From positions 50,096,001-50,160,000 of the forward strand of contig CM060732.1 in NCBI GenBank assembly GCA_030704615.1: 64,000 bases of DNA. The letters are read 5' to 3'. Below, piece by piece: positions 13,091 through 26,545 of this stretch. The notes under the pieces were generated by a model. That model did not search any database and was not told the DNA's origin. It saw only the letters and a list, made by a program, of their open reading frames with translations. Each line of letters begins with the position of its first letter. The stretch's first letter is position 1. The DNA comes from Takakia lepidozioides (Eukaryota; Plantae; Bryophyta). A program made the position numbers and the translations under genes.

Positions 13091-16000
13091 CGCTTAATGC
13101 CCACACTCTCGATGAGCAATCTCACAGAGCCTTCATCACACCAAGGCTGACGTTACCAACTCTGCCAGCAGATCCCTTTCTTGCTTATGCTCCACTCTCA
13201 AGAAAGCCTGCATTCCTACGATCCCTTGTCATACAGAAAAGCTGGCATCAAAGGAAAATCCGCAAACGACCCAATTAGAAACAGGCGTATATACATCTGC
13301 ATCACTCCAACAACTAAAGCTTATGAGTTTTATCAAAACAGAGACATACTACTCTTTCTCAGCAGATTGAGGCTGTTTGAAGCAAGCTGGTACTTACTTC
13401 TTCACTAACGGGTAAGTAACACTGTGATGCATATGTCCCACGAGTCTCTCAGGAAACGAGATTATCAGTAGATGTTGATTGGAATTCACAAGAGGATGCA
13501 TGGGATTCGCACGTATGTAAAGGACCCAAAACGGAAGGCAGTCTCCCTTCGGTGACACCACGAGTTGTGCTTCCTAAGGCAAGAGTCTTCATTCTCGTAA
13601 AGGATGACACCATAAGTTCCACTTGCTTCGGCAAGAGTCTTCCTTCTTGTAAGGACCTAAGTAGTAGTGTTGTGTAGCTACTGATGATTTCAGACTGGAT
13701 GGTGACTGTGGTCTTAGAAGTGCACAGTCAGTGTCACCAACTTGGAATGGAGTTCACTTATGTCACACATTTGATGTGATGGTAATGTAGGTATACCATT
13801 CTTCCAAAAACATTCTGCATCATGAAAGAATTCCTGAAGCATAATGCGCATCCTAAGGGTTGAACAAAGAACTGGCTCACTCCACACAACGATAGAAATC
13901 AAGTAAACTTGTACCACAATCCTCTCACAATTTGATTCATGAAGCTTTCTTTGTTTAATCCATGGTCGCAGCAGATGGTAGCCTTTGAAGTAGATTAGCA
14001 GAAGTGAGTTTCTTTCAAACATAACTGTGACTGGATGATTTGTTCATCCTTATATTCTATTAGTTATCTACTAGGCGCAGTTGAGGCCTGTTAACAAGTG
14101 CATGTCATCTACCACAAAGACAGAAGAGAACTTAAGTTTTCTGAAGGCCGGGGTGAATCACTTCTCACGAAAAAGAATGAACTGATCCACTATACTGGGA
14201 TCTGCAAGTGTGCCAATGTCACCCAATTGATCAAGCTGCTTAACTGCAATCTTCCGCAAAGTTCTAAGCATTATTTTCTCACTCCTTGTCTTTGGCAGTC
14301 CTGGCACCCGATGTATCTTGTCTGGTGCAGCAAATGCTCCAATCTAGCAAGCAAGGGAGTGACATGGTTGATTTTCACAAATAAAGTAGGGTTAGGAAAA
14401 TTTGTGTTAGAATGTACTCCTTAAGACGTAGCCATAGCCATGTCGAAGAATATCTCTGTTAGGGTGGTGCACAAGCGTAGCTCCAAGACTCCTTGGTGCA
14501 TCCCCGAACAAAAGAAGGTCATGAACCTCTCAACCTAGCCTCCCCACTGTGGATAGCACCAAATATATACCACTGCGTTAAATATTAGGGTCTAGGATCA
14601 CCCTGTTTCTATAGCATGCTGCTGTTACCACCACCTGTCCTTCACAACTTGTCCCGGGTGGAACAGTACAACATAAGAATATTGACTCAAGGCTGCTGTT
14701 TTTCCTACCACCTATGGAACCCCTTACCCTTGCACTGAAGAGCACTTTCAAATTGTGTACCCATTCTGAGTTGCAACCTTTACTAAACTTCCTTTCTTTT
14801 TCTTTCAGTAAATCGACATGAAACTCCTGTCCTTGCTGCCCTTGAACATATCTATGACCAGTCTTCCAGGTCTTCAGTGCACCTACCAATTTACCCGACA
14901 AACCCCCTTGAGCCAGGCTGATTAACTGCTTAGGGCTACATGCAACATAGGCCTCTCATCGATGTGAATTAGGACAGAAGGACTACATAACTAGCACCAC
15001 AGCACCTAGTACCCGGCTATCTGCTGGAACTGGACATCACACACCCATGTGATGGTTGAGGAGAACAGACCTAGCCGCGTACAGCATAGGCCCTTTCACC
15101 TGTATCACAGAACACAAGGAGGCATGTCATTCTAACTTTGGATTATTTGTAACCTGGCCGTCAGTGGAACATGTTGGTTGGGTTCCAGCAATGCTTCAGG
15201 CATAGATGAGAAGTTCCAAGAATGTACAGACAACCCTGAGCCACACCAAGGATTCTATGTTTGGCTGGTCACTGACAGTGGAAGAAAACGATACTAGTGA
15301 TGCATACACAGCCCTTGACCTATCTATGCCCCTACCTGACTTGTCAGGGACAGCAACCAAGACTTGGGAAGGACTATGGGGACAAGCAGATAGGCTCTCA
15401 CTATACTTTCTGGCAATCCACAAATTCAGAACCAATACAAAAATCTTTGATCAAGAACCTGGTTGGAAAAAGGGTTACTCTATATGTGAAGACAGAGATC
15501 TTTTCAGAGAGACGAACATATAAACCAGAAAAAGTAGGAAAGGAGATTGATTAGCATTATCACAAGAAAAGAAGAAGAAAGAGACTAAATACCTTCATGG
15601 GAGACCAGGAGGGCCAATTGGACTAATGAGATTTTCACAACCAAGGTCAGACTTTAAGCTTGGACTTGGTTGGTACCTGCCCAACACAACAGCACGTTGT
15701 GCAGGAGTATGCTGAGCAATAGAAATCTACTACGCCCACGGAGACCAACAACAGCAAAGAAGAATGAAGAAACACTTAAAACAACCAGGGGGCATGGGAC
15801 AGAGAGATAGAAGGATAAACTCTCCCTGTGAGAGGCAAACATTGAAGCACATATATATATATATCTTACCTGATGGTCAACCCTAACAGCTGCCGCTTCA
15901 GCACATTCTGGATGGGACAGCGGTGCTGCCTCAACCTCTGCAGGGCAACCAGCATCCCCAAGCCACCCACCTTTCTATGTACAATCTAATTTCCAACAAA

Positions 16001-16854
16001 AACTCATAGCTTTTCCATTCATGACTATGGAGGAACAAGGATGTGCAGCAGTAAACATACAGCTCAGATACAGGGCACATAACAAGCTATCGCATCCACA
16101 AGTGAACTCTACACACCTGTCTACCAATAGGGAAGAAAGTTCAAGTTCAAGGGAGGGACAAATCATTAACCATACTTCTAACTTCCGCTACCCTTGTAGC
16201 AATCTAACAGGAAACAAGGCCGGAACGTAAGGAATTCGTTGATGCCATTGACATCTACCGACTGGGTTCTCATACAAGCTGTATATCCTTGCAAAAGCAA
16301 GCACACAATCTGAAGCCCAAACACCAAGCTTAGCTTCTCATCAAACAGGTTACCCCACATCTTCATATCACTGCATGGCAAATGGTATTGTTGTACCGAT
16401 AAGAAACTCATCATGGCAAGCAATTACGATTAACTTTGAAACTCATCAAATACACAAGTGATTTGAAAAATCTGCCTGTTTATATCAATCTTTCTGATGC
16501 TAAATCAACATTAGCTAAAATCTGTGGTAGTGCCAACCCCAAACCCATGTAATTGATGACTGCACATTTCTGCCCTATTCCATCCTTATGGCAGATCACC
16601 CAGCACAGCCATAACCAATATAGAAGACTGACTATACACCACTATTACAAGGTGAAGTTGGTTGTTGCCTGCCCGAGAGAGACAGGAGTGAAGGACCAAC
16701 CCCATAAAGAATGCAGAGTCTTTTCTGTTGGCCGGAAACAGGTCTTTCCACGTCAAATTGTAGGCTACGAGTATGCTCCAGAAACTCCATGTACATGTGC
16801 TTGTCCTGTTCTACACTTACTGAAAGAATTGTATAGTGGGTGGGGTTCCTTCTG

Positions 16855-19800
16855 TCAATCATCGTCCTCTTGAATAATGGTCAAAACTCCACGAGGTGAC
16901 AAGTTGCTGGAGACAAGCTCTGTCTCCAAATTCTTTGCAGGCAATCTATCGTACAAGCTTCGGGTTCGTACCACAAGCACACCCTTCCATCTCTGCTGCA
17001 CGTAGACCATGGCTGCAAGAGTCAATGCCAACACCGGAATCACAATATCACCAGCTTTGGAATAAAAATCCATGGCTGGGTTTGCATATATATAATCACT
17101 GGAGTATGGGTAGAAGGGAGGTGTGCGGAGCCTATCGTACATATGAGGCAGCAATCGTAGCATCGTAACTCCAATATAGTACATGACATGAAGGGGTTCC
17201 CCTTTCACAACCCACAGAGCTGAACCCACAACCTGCGGCAGCAGGAACAGGTCCTCCACCAGTCCCCAATACTCCTTTGCTTCCTTCTGCAGGACAGGAG
17301 TCCCGGACATTTGCAAGTCATTGACTTCCTTGATTGCTGCTGTTTGGTCATGGTTAGTCCTAGCAACCTGAACAGCAAGCACCACCAGGAAACTCACAAC
17401 ATGGGTGATCCCACAGACCAAAATTACGTTGCTTTCTCTCGGGAGTTCCACTGCAGCTGATTTGAGCTCTGCCTGAGAGGCAGCTATCATACGTTCCTTC
17501 CACACCTTTTCGGCAAGGCGGATGATCAGGAGGAAAGCTACCAGCGTGAGGGATTTCACAAGAAACATGATGCTTTGGGTCCACTGGCCCTCCCTTAGCG
17601 GGTTGTATCCAGTGTCAACTTCTGTGTCTGAATTCATCCGTGCAAACAACGCTTCCGCCCCTGTTACAACAGCAGGCAGTTGAGATAACTCAGTCACGAA
17701 CCTTCCAGTGTGAGATAACATGCAAATCTAGCCAAATATGTGAGTGTACTAGAAAATCACATTCTGCCCCAAGCACCCCACTGGAAGGTGCAGGAAGAAG
17801 TCTCTTCAGCCAAAGGTTGCTGGGCCACCTAGTTCAGAGTAACTGTGACGAAGGGATGGAACAGATGGAAGCTGAAACTGAAATGACATGGTGATTGTCG
17901 AGATGATCTACTGAACTTTGCTAGAATTTCACACCTTCAGCTTACCACACATGATTGCTAAAACCCCGTCAATCATGCAGCTACATACATGTTCCTACAT
18001 TGCTGATCCAGTATGAAAAGATTCACAATGCGATTGGTGTCGAAGAGGCTCTCAGAAGTAGTTGCTACCCTCATGAGGTAGGCTTTCAAGTTACTCATGT
18101 TCAGTACAGATTCCATTTGACAATCGGGGCAAATTAGCTTGCTAGATACTAGATCTTCAGTAACATTACTAATTCAATAAAACTTGCTATTCCATTTGGA
18201 GCCAGTATTGAGAACAAAAGTACATCAGAGAGACAAATCCTTGTACAGAAGGGCACAGATCTTAGGTGATCAGTCAGCTACTAACCTGTGATAAGAGGAA
18301 TTATGTAGCCTACAGCCTGCACGCCAAGCATCCCAAGCGAGATGTAGGGCGTCGACTCCGGATGGCGCTTGACATGTGACAACTGGGCACCAATACATAG
18401 CAGCATCAGAGTTAGGGTTGCCACACTCAATGACCCTTCCAGACTCTTCCGAGAAATGATCTCATCCCGCTGTCGCTTGTAAGTGATCGGGTACGTCTCA
18501 AGATTCATCGGTTTGAAGTAGAAAGCTTCGTCCACATTCCGCCGGCTGGTGATGTCTATCTTCACAGTTGGTCTTGTCAGCCACCTAGCCACCACTGAGG
18601 GGTACTCCAGAACAATTTCAAGGGAACAGTCAAGCCCATCATCTAAGGAATCTGCATTGTCCTGGAGCAGCGTCCAATTGGCATCTACTGGTCGACAGCC
18701 CTTCATGTACATTTTCCCATCCTTGGGATTATACAGACCTTCTGCAAAATACACGAGCGGATTTTCAAGAGAAAACCCAGCAGGTGTAATCTTCAAGTGA
18801 GCTCCCACTTTGAAAAATTCTGGTTGCTTGCTTGGGCGGCCTGCACTTGGGCGAGGATTTGCTTTTAACGGCATCATCCATTGTCCCTCTGGAACCAAGG
18901 TAAAATTACTCTCCTCCCTCCAGTTTATTGTCATGTGGTCCTCAAGTGCGATCACACTAAAGCTCAGGTAATCCAACCTGGACTGCTTTTTTTGCTGTGG
19001 AAGCAGGAGTGATTCAACTGAAAGATCTCTGCTTAAGATGTTGTAATCATCAAGTCCATGCAGAGCAGGGTAACGAAACACACTGGCCCGGATTCTGGAC
19101 CGAACGAGGTTAGGTTCATACCTTTCCATCACTGCACCTGCCTCCCTGATGTTGTCGTACTTGTACCGAAGCTGTTTTTGGATACTGGCGGGAACATCCT
19201 GGTTGTGGAGGGACATGTGGAAGGAGAGAGGGTTGAATGAACCAGAGTGGTTGAGAGGCCAGATGCTGGAAATGGTTCCTTCCACAATGCTGCGCTGCTT
19301 GAGAGATAAAGCCGCTTGAATGTGGAGGCAGATCTTGATATCACAATCACCACTCATATCGCTGTTCTTTGCACCAGCATGGCATGCCACCATGCATATC
19401 TGCCCAGACTCGTTTCTCCAGGAGCCTTCCGCTGCAAGAGTGTGCCCATTCAAGCCAGACCTTTGAAATGCAAGGTTGGGACTCTCTCCACCAAGTACAG
19501 CACGGAAAACAGCACTAACATGCGTGTTGGACTTTGCACCCATTCCATCCGCCAGGGCATCACATCTAAGGTACTGAATGAGAAGGCGACCACGAGGGAC
19601 ATTCGCCCCATGGGATGCCCCAAAGCCAAAAGGGGCCAGCTTGAAACAAAATTCTTCGGACTGGGTGCATTGCCAAAAAGGCTCAACATCCAGCCACTGT
19701 CCAGCAATGAGTTGCAATGCAGCTTCGCAAAACTTAGGCCCTCGGAAGGTATCTGTCTTTGAAGAACTCTGGGGACAAGTCTCGTTGCAAATTCCAGCTG

Positions 19801-20890
19801 TGAGAGCTCCTGCGGTGTACTCATAATCTGCAAATGCCTCCATCTGCGAAGACACATTGATAGGATTGAAATAGTGGTTGTCACCAGGAGCTGCAATGCT
19901 GGTGACTTGGCCATGGATGGCCCGGTTGGTGAGAGATTGCCGGCGAGGATACTGCAGTTGCACCATGACGTTGCAATCCTTAGTCAATTGCTTGGCCTCT
20001 TTCGCTGGGAACAGGGTACAGCCAAGCATACAAAGCGTGTACTCCTTCTCTGTTTCTATAGAGACACCCTCCAATTCGATGCTCATTTGCGAGAAACCAG
20101 GGGTCATCTCAAAGCGGGGGTGAATGCCCCCTCCATAGAAGATGCTTCTCCGGGATGTAATTGCCAGCTGAAGTACACCTGAGACATTAACAATGTTCTT
20201 CGAACCTCCTGCATTCTTATTCACATGCATATCTGTAAGCGAGAATGTTGCCAGTTGCACAGGTGTCGATGCATCCAATTCATCAAAAGTGGGGTATCTT
20301 GGAATTGAATCTCTCCTTGACGAATTTGGTTCTGGGAGTGGATTGTAGAGCATAATGGGCTTGGAATCCTCAGACTGCAGCCAGTCCCCATTTTGAAACG
20401 AAAGACGGCTCTGCAGCACCCACCATGTAGGATCTCCCTCTGAGACCGGGGTGTGAAACCCATCCGCGCTCAAGGACGCGGGGACACCATCGTCCCTCCC
20501 CCCCGCTGCAAGACACCTCTCCCGCACTTCTGCGAAGCGGCTCGGCATACGCTCGTCGTAAATTGCAGATTCCACCCAGGATGACCCCAGACGATGATCA
20601 CTTCGAGACAAGGGAACCAAGCGTGTTAACCTTGAGGATCCATGGAATGCAGCCTTGACCTCCGTACCCCCACCATCACCGTCCACCTGGGTAACTAGCC
20701 CATGACCTAAACTCTTTTGGCTGCCAGAGATTGAAGCATCCTCCGAATGAAGTCTCCTAGAGGCACCTGCTTCCCCCCTGTGATCCTGACTTACAACCGT
20801 CTGCGGCAGTGGCAATAAAATGCACACCAGCAGCCAAGCCACCGCCCGCCTCCCTAAGCTCCCTCGAGCCTGGCAGTCATGGCCACCCAT
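16855..20890 (-). CDS. DUF2921 family multi-pass membrane protein; exons ~20890-18286 and 17660-16855
   Basis: Signal-peptide-like AVAWLLVCILLP, repeated AEG-x-W/Y…CMxxC units, PYISLGMLGVQAVGYIIPLITG|AEALF across a phase-1 GT-AG intron, EYWGLVEDLFLLPQV, and YYIGVT…RLLPHMYD. Confidence 0.88.
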
Positions 20891-21436
20891 CGTCGCCTTG
20901 GAACACAATGTCTTCGAACCAATGTATTCTCCTACTACCACTGAGCGATATGCACATGCTTGGCCGTTCCACTCATACTCACTGCAATGACAATGCCCAG
21001 CTCTAACCACTCTTGCGTCACTTACGACCGATGCCCAACGAACACACACACAACCACGGTAGAGAGAGAGCAGGGATTACGAACTACTCTCAATCAAACA
21101 AGCTACAGAAAAAAAATCAATACAGCGCCAGTGCATGTCAGACACTTCACATGATAAAGCATTTGAATGTTAGAAAGGAAGAGATATAGAAACGTTCCAC
21201 TCACATTCACTGCAATGAGAATGATCAACGGAAGCTCTTCTCTTCTCTTGTCTGTCGGTGGAGAGCAGCAGCCTTCAGAGAGACGAAGGACTCTTCTCTC
21301 TGCAATCAATAATGCCGCCCTCCGCAGCTCCGACGGACATCGACGGACATCGACAGAGCTCATTAATTGAAGACGCCGTCGCTCGTTTCGACGGAAAAGT
21401 GAAGTACCGACTACCGACGGGCGGCTCAAAAGTTTC

Positions 21437-21750
21437 AAACAACACAAACACGTGTTTACTTTGGATGAGTTGGGGATGGATGTAGATTTCTGTCATAGGA
21501 TGAGTTCTGTCATCCCCAAACAACGCAAACACGTGTTTACTTTGGATGAATTGGGGATGGATGTGGAATTCTGTTAGAGAATGAGTTCTGTCATCCCCAA
21601 ACAACGCAAACACGTTACTTTGGATGATTGGGGGATGGATGTGGACTTCTGTCACAGGATGAGTTCTGTCATCTCCAAACAACGCAAACACGTGTTTTCC
21701 TTGGATGATTTGGGGATGGATGTGGGATCTGTCAGAGGATGATTGCTGTC
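21437..21750. repeat. Tandem repeat, ~4 units of 78-81 bp
   Basis: Units start aaacaac(a/g)caaacacgt at about 21437, 21518, 21599 and 21677. Three carry CACGTG and the units carry an internal ggggatg…cat(c/ct)cc inverted repeat. Confidence 0.9.
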
Positions 21751-22499
21751 GATGGGATGGCTTATGGAAGGGTTACGTCTATGAGTCGGTATTTGTTCAT
21801 CTTCAGTATATTCTTCGGTATTATTCCCTCGTCTCCTTCCTCGGCTGATATTGCTTCTTGCATCCTCGTGCACCTTTGCTTCGAGAGATGACCGAGCTGT
21901 TCTCATGCAAAACGTTCCCCGCATAATCGTGGACAAGTCTCTTCACAATCACACGGTTTTACCAACTTAATTCAGATCCTAGCTGCATAGCCTTGTCGAG
22001 ATCTTCAAGCGGCGGTCCATAGTCGCGCCCAACTTGTTCTTGGCGAGTCCCGCCAGTCGCAAATCGTCAAAGGGGTTACTGGATGCTAGTTCGTCTACTT
22101 TCTGCAAATCGGTGAAAGACCCCTTGTACTAGAGTCACTCAAGCAGGACTTGGTGGATCCTAACAAGAGCAAAGTTTCAGCATTATCTGGTTGGAGGTGG
22201 TGTGCAGGGTTTTCGAAGTAGCTGCCAAGGGCGGCTTCTTCGTCTTCCAATGGAGAGCAAATCTTTGCCTGCCTCTGCAAACATTCACTGTTGGTTGATT
22301 GGCTTCTTTGCTGTAAATCTGTTGTACTCCGGCGTCTACTCGACATCTGCTCCTCGCGCTTTTTTTTTCCAGAACATATTCGCTTTGTTGTGGTCACTCT
22401 AACCCTAGGTGCCTACATAAATTGCGTGAATCTGTATCTGCGGTCTAGGACCTACGAATTACCAATATAGATCTTGAGCAATAACAGAGTTTCCCATTG

Positions 22500-23975
22500 C
22501 AAGCACGTGCATCCATTGAGATGGAATTTCATCTGATTTTCACAGCCTCCCTAGCTAGTTGCCCCAAGGACTTGGGAAAACCTAGAAGATCGCGCAATGA
22601 CTTAGGTCCAAGTTGATCAGATTTTTTAGACGGCTGATGGACTGCTCTGGCAATTTTTTCAAGTTACAATAAATGACCATCAGCGATTGCAGAGCTTCCC
22701 ATTCCCCTGCTGAATCTGACTTCTGGCAACCTCTCGAAGTTCAGAGACAAATCACACAAGGCGAGGTCGAGGAGCGCGAGCTTTGAGAGCCCCCCAAGCC
22801 TGACACCCAGTCCACCTTCGGCACTTACCATGACACTCATACATTCTAGCCATCACAGTGAGCACAAAAAGCATTCTCAGGCTCCTGAATTGAGTCATGT
22901 AACTTCTTGAGATCAGTACAACCTTCAAGATACCCAAGCTCTGTCAGCCCCACATATGGTTAGGGAAGTTCTTTGACACTAAAACAACATTCCCTTCATC
23001 CAATTCCTCCAACTGTGTTGTATCACCAATGGCACTAGGTAGCTACGTGAGTCTTGCACAAGTCCCCATAGATTTGTTAGGTGCAATCGGGAAGTTTCAA
23101 TAGCAAAGCTCGTCTGTAGCCAAAGTAGCCGAAGTAGCTATCAAAGACAGCATGCACTTGCTACATATTTATCAAGATTCAACTGTACTAAGGGTTGTCA
23201 CAAAAAACAATGTACTGAGCTTCAACTGAGCTTCAACTGTACTAAATGGTAATTGTACATATTGTTGTGGTGGTGCATCTTAACGTACCATCCACAATGG
23301 CAGGTCTCCTGCGCACTAGATAAAAATGAGATTAATGCTGCCTGGACCATCGATCATACCTTCATTCTGCCCTCCAAAGATGCTTGATGCATGCCCTGTT
23401 AATTGCTTATATTCTGTATAGCCAATTTCTTCAGCTCTAGCAGTCTATAAGGCAAACTCTCCACTCGCATGCCATGCCACTGCACCCATGCCAGCTCCTC
23501 TGGGTAATTAGCGCTACAACTCCAGGTGCAATCCGTTGATTGATAGCAACATGCAATCCCATCATGGGAGTTGAGTCTAGGTTGGGAGAAGCTGGTTTGC
23601 TGGCGACCGCAAGGGATAGTCTTTGTTCCGCTGTGCCGAGATGCGGAGGGGGAACTTCGTGTCATCTGCACAAAGGAAAATATGTAGATACAACCTGGGC
23701 GATGAGAAATCTTTGTGCTCACGTACTCGCATGGTCCCGACTTCCGATTCAAACATAATCATGTTCACTTGTAAGCCTTGCTTTTGATCAAGGAAATTCG
23801 CCAAATTCACACAAGAAGTTATGCACTTGCGACACCAACTGTCTTAAAATTGCACAAATATCTGCAAGTCTCCAGAGAGCTTTGAAATTTACCCAAGTCC
23901 CCTTCAGCATGGATTTCTCTGATACACCACAACCAACTGTGATGTCCACCATATCTCGTAGCAAGTCGTCCATGT
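22500..23975 (-). pseudogene. Degenerate NLR (NB-ARC C-terminus plus LRR) resistance-gene remnant
   Basis: YMDDLLRDM (MHD-like motif, ~23975), PEELAWVQWHGMRVESLP…LKKLAI (start of LRR region, TNL style), LPSAIGDTTQLEEL and LEGCTDLKKL repeats. Many stops and frameshifts. Confidence 0.65.
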
Positions 23976-24254
23976 AATGCGCAAGTCGTCGCTGAGTGGA
24001 GACATGTAGAGCCCATATTTAGAAAACATGCTTACCGAAACAATCTCACATCCTAGTACAAAAATGGTCTATCTATCTGTCCATCTCTCTCTATGTAGTA
24101 AGTTATGGGGATGCCTTCTATATGAGAGAGACTACGGTATGTGGCACCTATGTGGCAGGACGCTTTTGTAGGAGGGAGTCTATGCATCATGTTGAAGGAC
24201 CTTAGTACCTTAGTCTACTTAACCTTGTTCTGTTGAGTCATGTAGGCAACCAAG

Positions 24255-24357
24255 CACTGCCGGGGGAAGGGGAAGAGCCCAAACATTTAGATAGCAGGAT
24301 TTGAGCGCAGAATCACCTGGTGGTAACCAGTGCACTATCCAACTGAGCTACTCAGTG
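24255..24357 (-). mobile_element. tRNA-derived SINE-like repeat, copy 3
   Basis: Reverse complement: gagtagctcagttggatagtgcactggttaccaccaggtgattctgcgctcaaatcctgcta…ctcttccccttcccccggc. A-box TAGCTCAGTTGG is intact. Confidence 0.7.
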
Positions 24358-26545
24358 TTTTACATGAAAAGAGATTATTTCTAGATATATGTAGTGTATG
24401 CTTCGGATGAACTGTCATTGAATGATTAACCCTTTCCATACTTCATAAAGCAAAGCCTCTTGCCATGTACTATCTATATTGAGAAAAATTGCCATAGTTC
24501 AGTTCATGGGTAGAGCAAAGAACAACTATTCTACAATACCAAGGATACATGTACAGTATTTTGTTATTATTATTTTAATCATGATGGCTATGCCTTACTA
24601 AGTAGGCTCTTGAATCTAAAATGAGGGCATTGAGGGTCTTCGAAAAGATAAAAACAAATACCGCAGTACCTTGGCAAGATCAACAATCATATGTCGAAAT
24701 TTTATTTTATTTTGAGAATTTCATTTCAACATATGGAATATTTTTAAAGATACTTTATTATCATTCACAAATTTACTTAATTTCACAAAATAAATTTCCA
24801 ACAATCTTTGAAATATTAAAATTTGTGTCCAAGTTGCCAAGGTACTAGGGTAAAAGGGGAGGAAGACCTTTAATCCATAATAATAAAGGAGTCCTGGAAA
24901 AAATAACCAGGACAGGAGGCCATAAGGCTTACTGTACTACTGAGGGTCTTCATAAATCTAAAATATTTATATGGTGATCACTGATTATTATCATTATATT
25001 ATTATATATCCCGGGTGCTGATTGGTTTTGTTTTTATTATTATTTCCCCCATGAACCCAGGGTCCACAGATGTCAACATGGTAGAAAAAGGTGGCAATCC
25101 CTGACGCTTCTTATGAAAGCAGAGCAGCTACTGTAGGCTCCCACATGCCATCACATAACAAGCTCCCAGCAACCAAAAGGCCGCACGGTAGCCTACTTAC
25201 AGACCACCAAGTGTGAGGCTGCAAGGCATGCAAGCCTTGCCCCCACACGACACAGTACAGTAGGTAAATAGTGGAAAGAGGAAAACTCTACTTTTCTATC
25301 CAAGCATTGAAGGACGTGAACTTTGAAGATGAAGACAACCTTTCTGAATAATGGTGAAGAGATCGACATGGAACAACAGGAGGTACATGTACCGTATAGA
25401 AAGGACAACTACTTAGTTACATAAGGGATGGGTTGAAATTGTTAAGCTAAAGGGGTCGTAAGCACTCTTGTGGAAGTGGAAGTGAATGATCGCATGTATG
25501 GAACCCTTTGAGATTGGGGGCTGCCCTTTCTCAACATCTAGTTTCACAGCAGCTTTCCTCTGTTTGTGGGGGGCTCACCCACTGCTAAGCTAACCCCTCT
25601 CCAGGAACGAAGGGCAGTGGTCCATGAAGGGCCACCAGCATAGCCTGCTCCCCCTCTGACTTGCTGTTTTACTCGCAGCCTTGCAGGGGCGGTTTTCACC
25701 CCGTTGGGGAACCCGCCAGAAAAGGCCAGCCACATTCAGAGCTCCGCAAGGAAAGCTCTCAATCTGGACTACCATCTTCCTGCTGGCGGCTCCTCGATCC
25801 TCACAAACTTATGGCTGCTTGACCGACCCGAAACATTAGGGGCTAAGTAATAACTTTGCTCTAAACACACACAGACACAATCAAAGCTCGCTGCACTTTA
25901 ATGAGGGGTTGTTAGTGCATGGACAGAGCCACACCCACAGCAGACATGTGGCGGACACGCCCTCAGGCATGCAGATTATCTCGAGTGATTCTCTAATATA
26001 GTTTTCTCTTCTAAACAGTGTTTTCTACTCTTTTGTTTGTTCTTTCTCTTGTTTGCATGTGAATTGGGGAGGGAGTAGGTAATGAACTGGACACCGTGTG
26101 GGTGCCTGATTATATTTGTGGGTCTGTGTGTAGAGCATTCCACACTGGTCTAGAACTGAAATGGGGGCCTTGTGAAGCTGAATTTGGTGTGTTATTAAGG
26201 ATGAGGGATTGTTGTCGTTCATCGTAGGTAGGCCACATGGCGGGCTTGGTGATTGCCAACTCAGGGGGGCACACGCGTCAAGTAAATTCTGCATTAAATT
26301 GACACCTGGCGAGCCGGTATGAGTATATCACCAGCGTTGCAAGCTGCTCGTCCTATCTCTTGCTCTCTCGCACATCTCTCACTTCATCTCTCGCATTCGA
26401 GCTACCCATTGTGCAAGACGAATTCCGAGGGCAGGATCACACATTTTCTGCACCCACAGAAATAATCTGCACAGGTTTTTCAGCACGCACAGAGTGTCTC
26501 TATCTTGTGCTCTTGGGAGGGTGTTTAGCTGAAGTTGGTCTAAAC

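Noticed and set aside
13400-16600. Short ORFs and splice-like signals between the EBM and DUF2921 genes
   Set aside because: No recognisable protein motif or consistent exon chain; may be UTR introns or very old TE debris.
21437-21750. Regularly spaced repeats as a CRISPR array
   Set aside because: Whole units repeat with no unique spacers; eukaryotic context and no cas genes.
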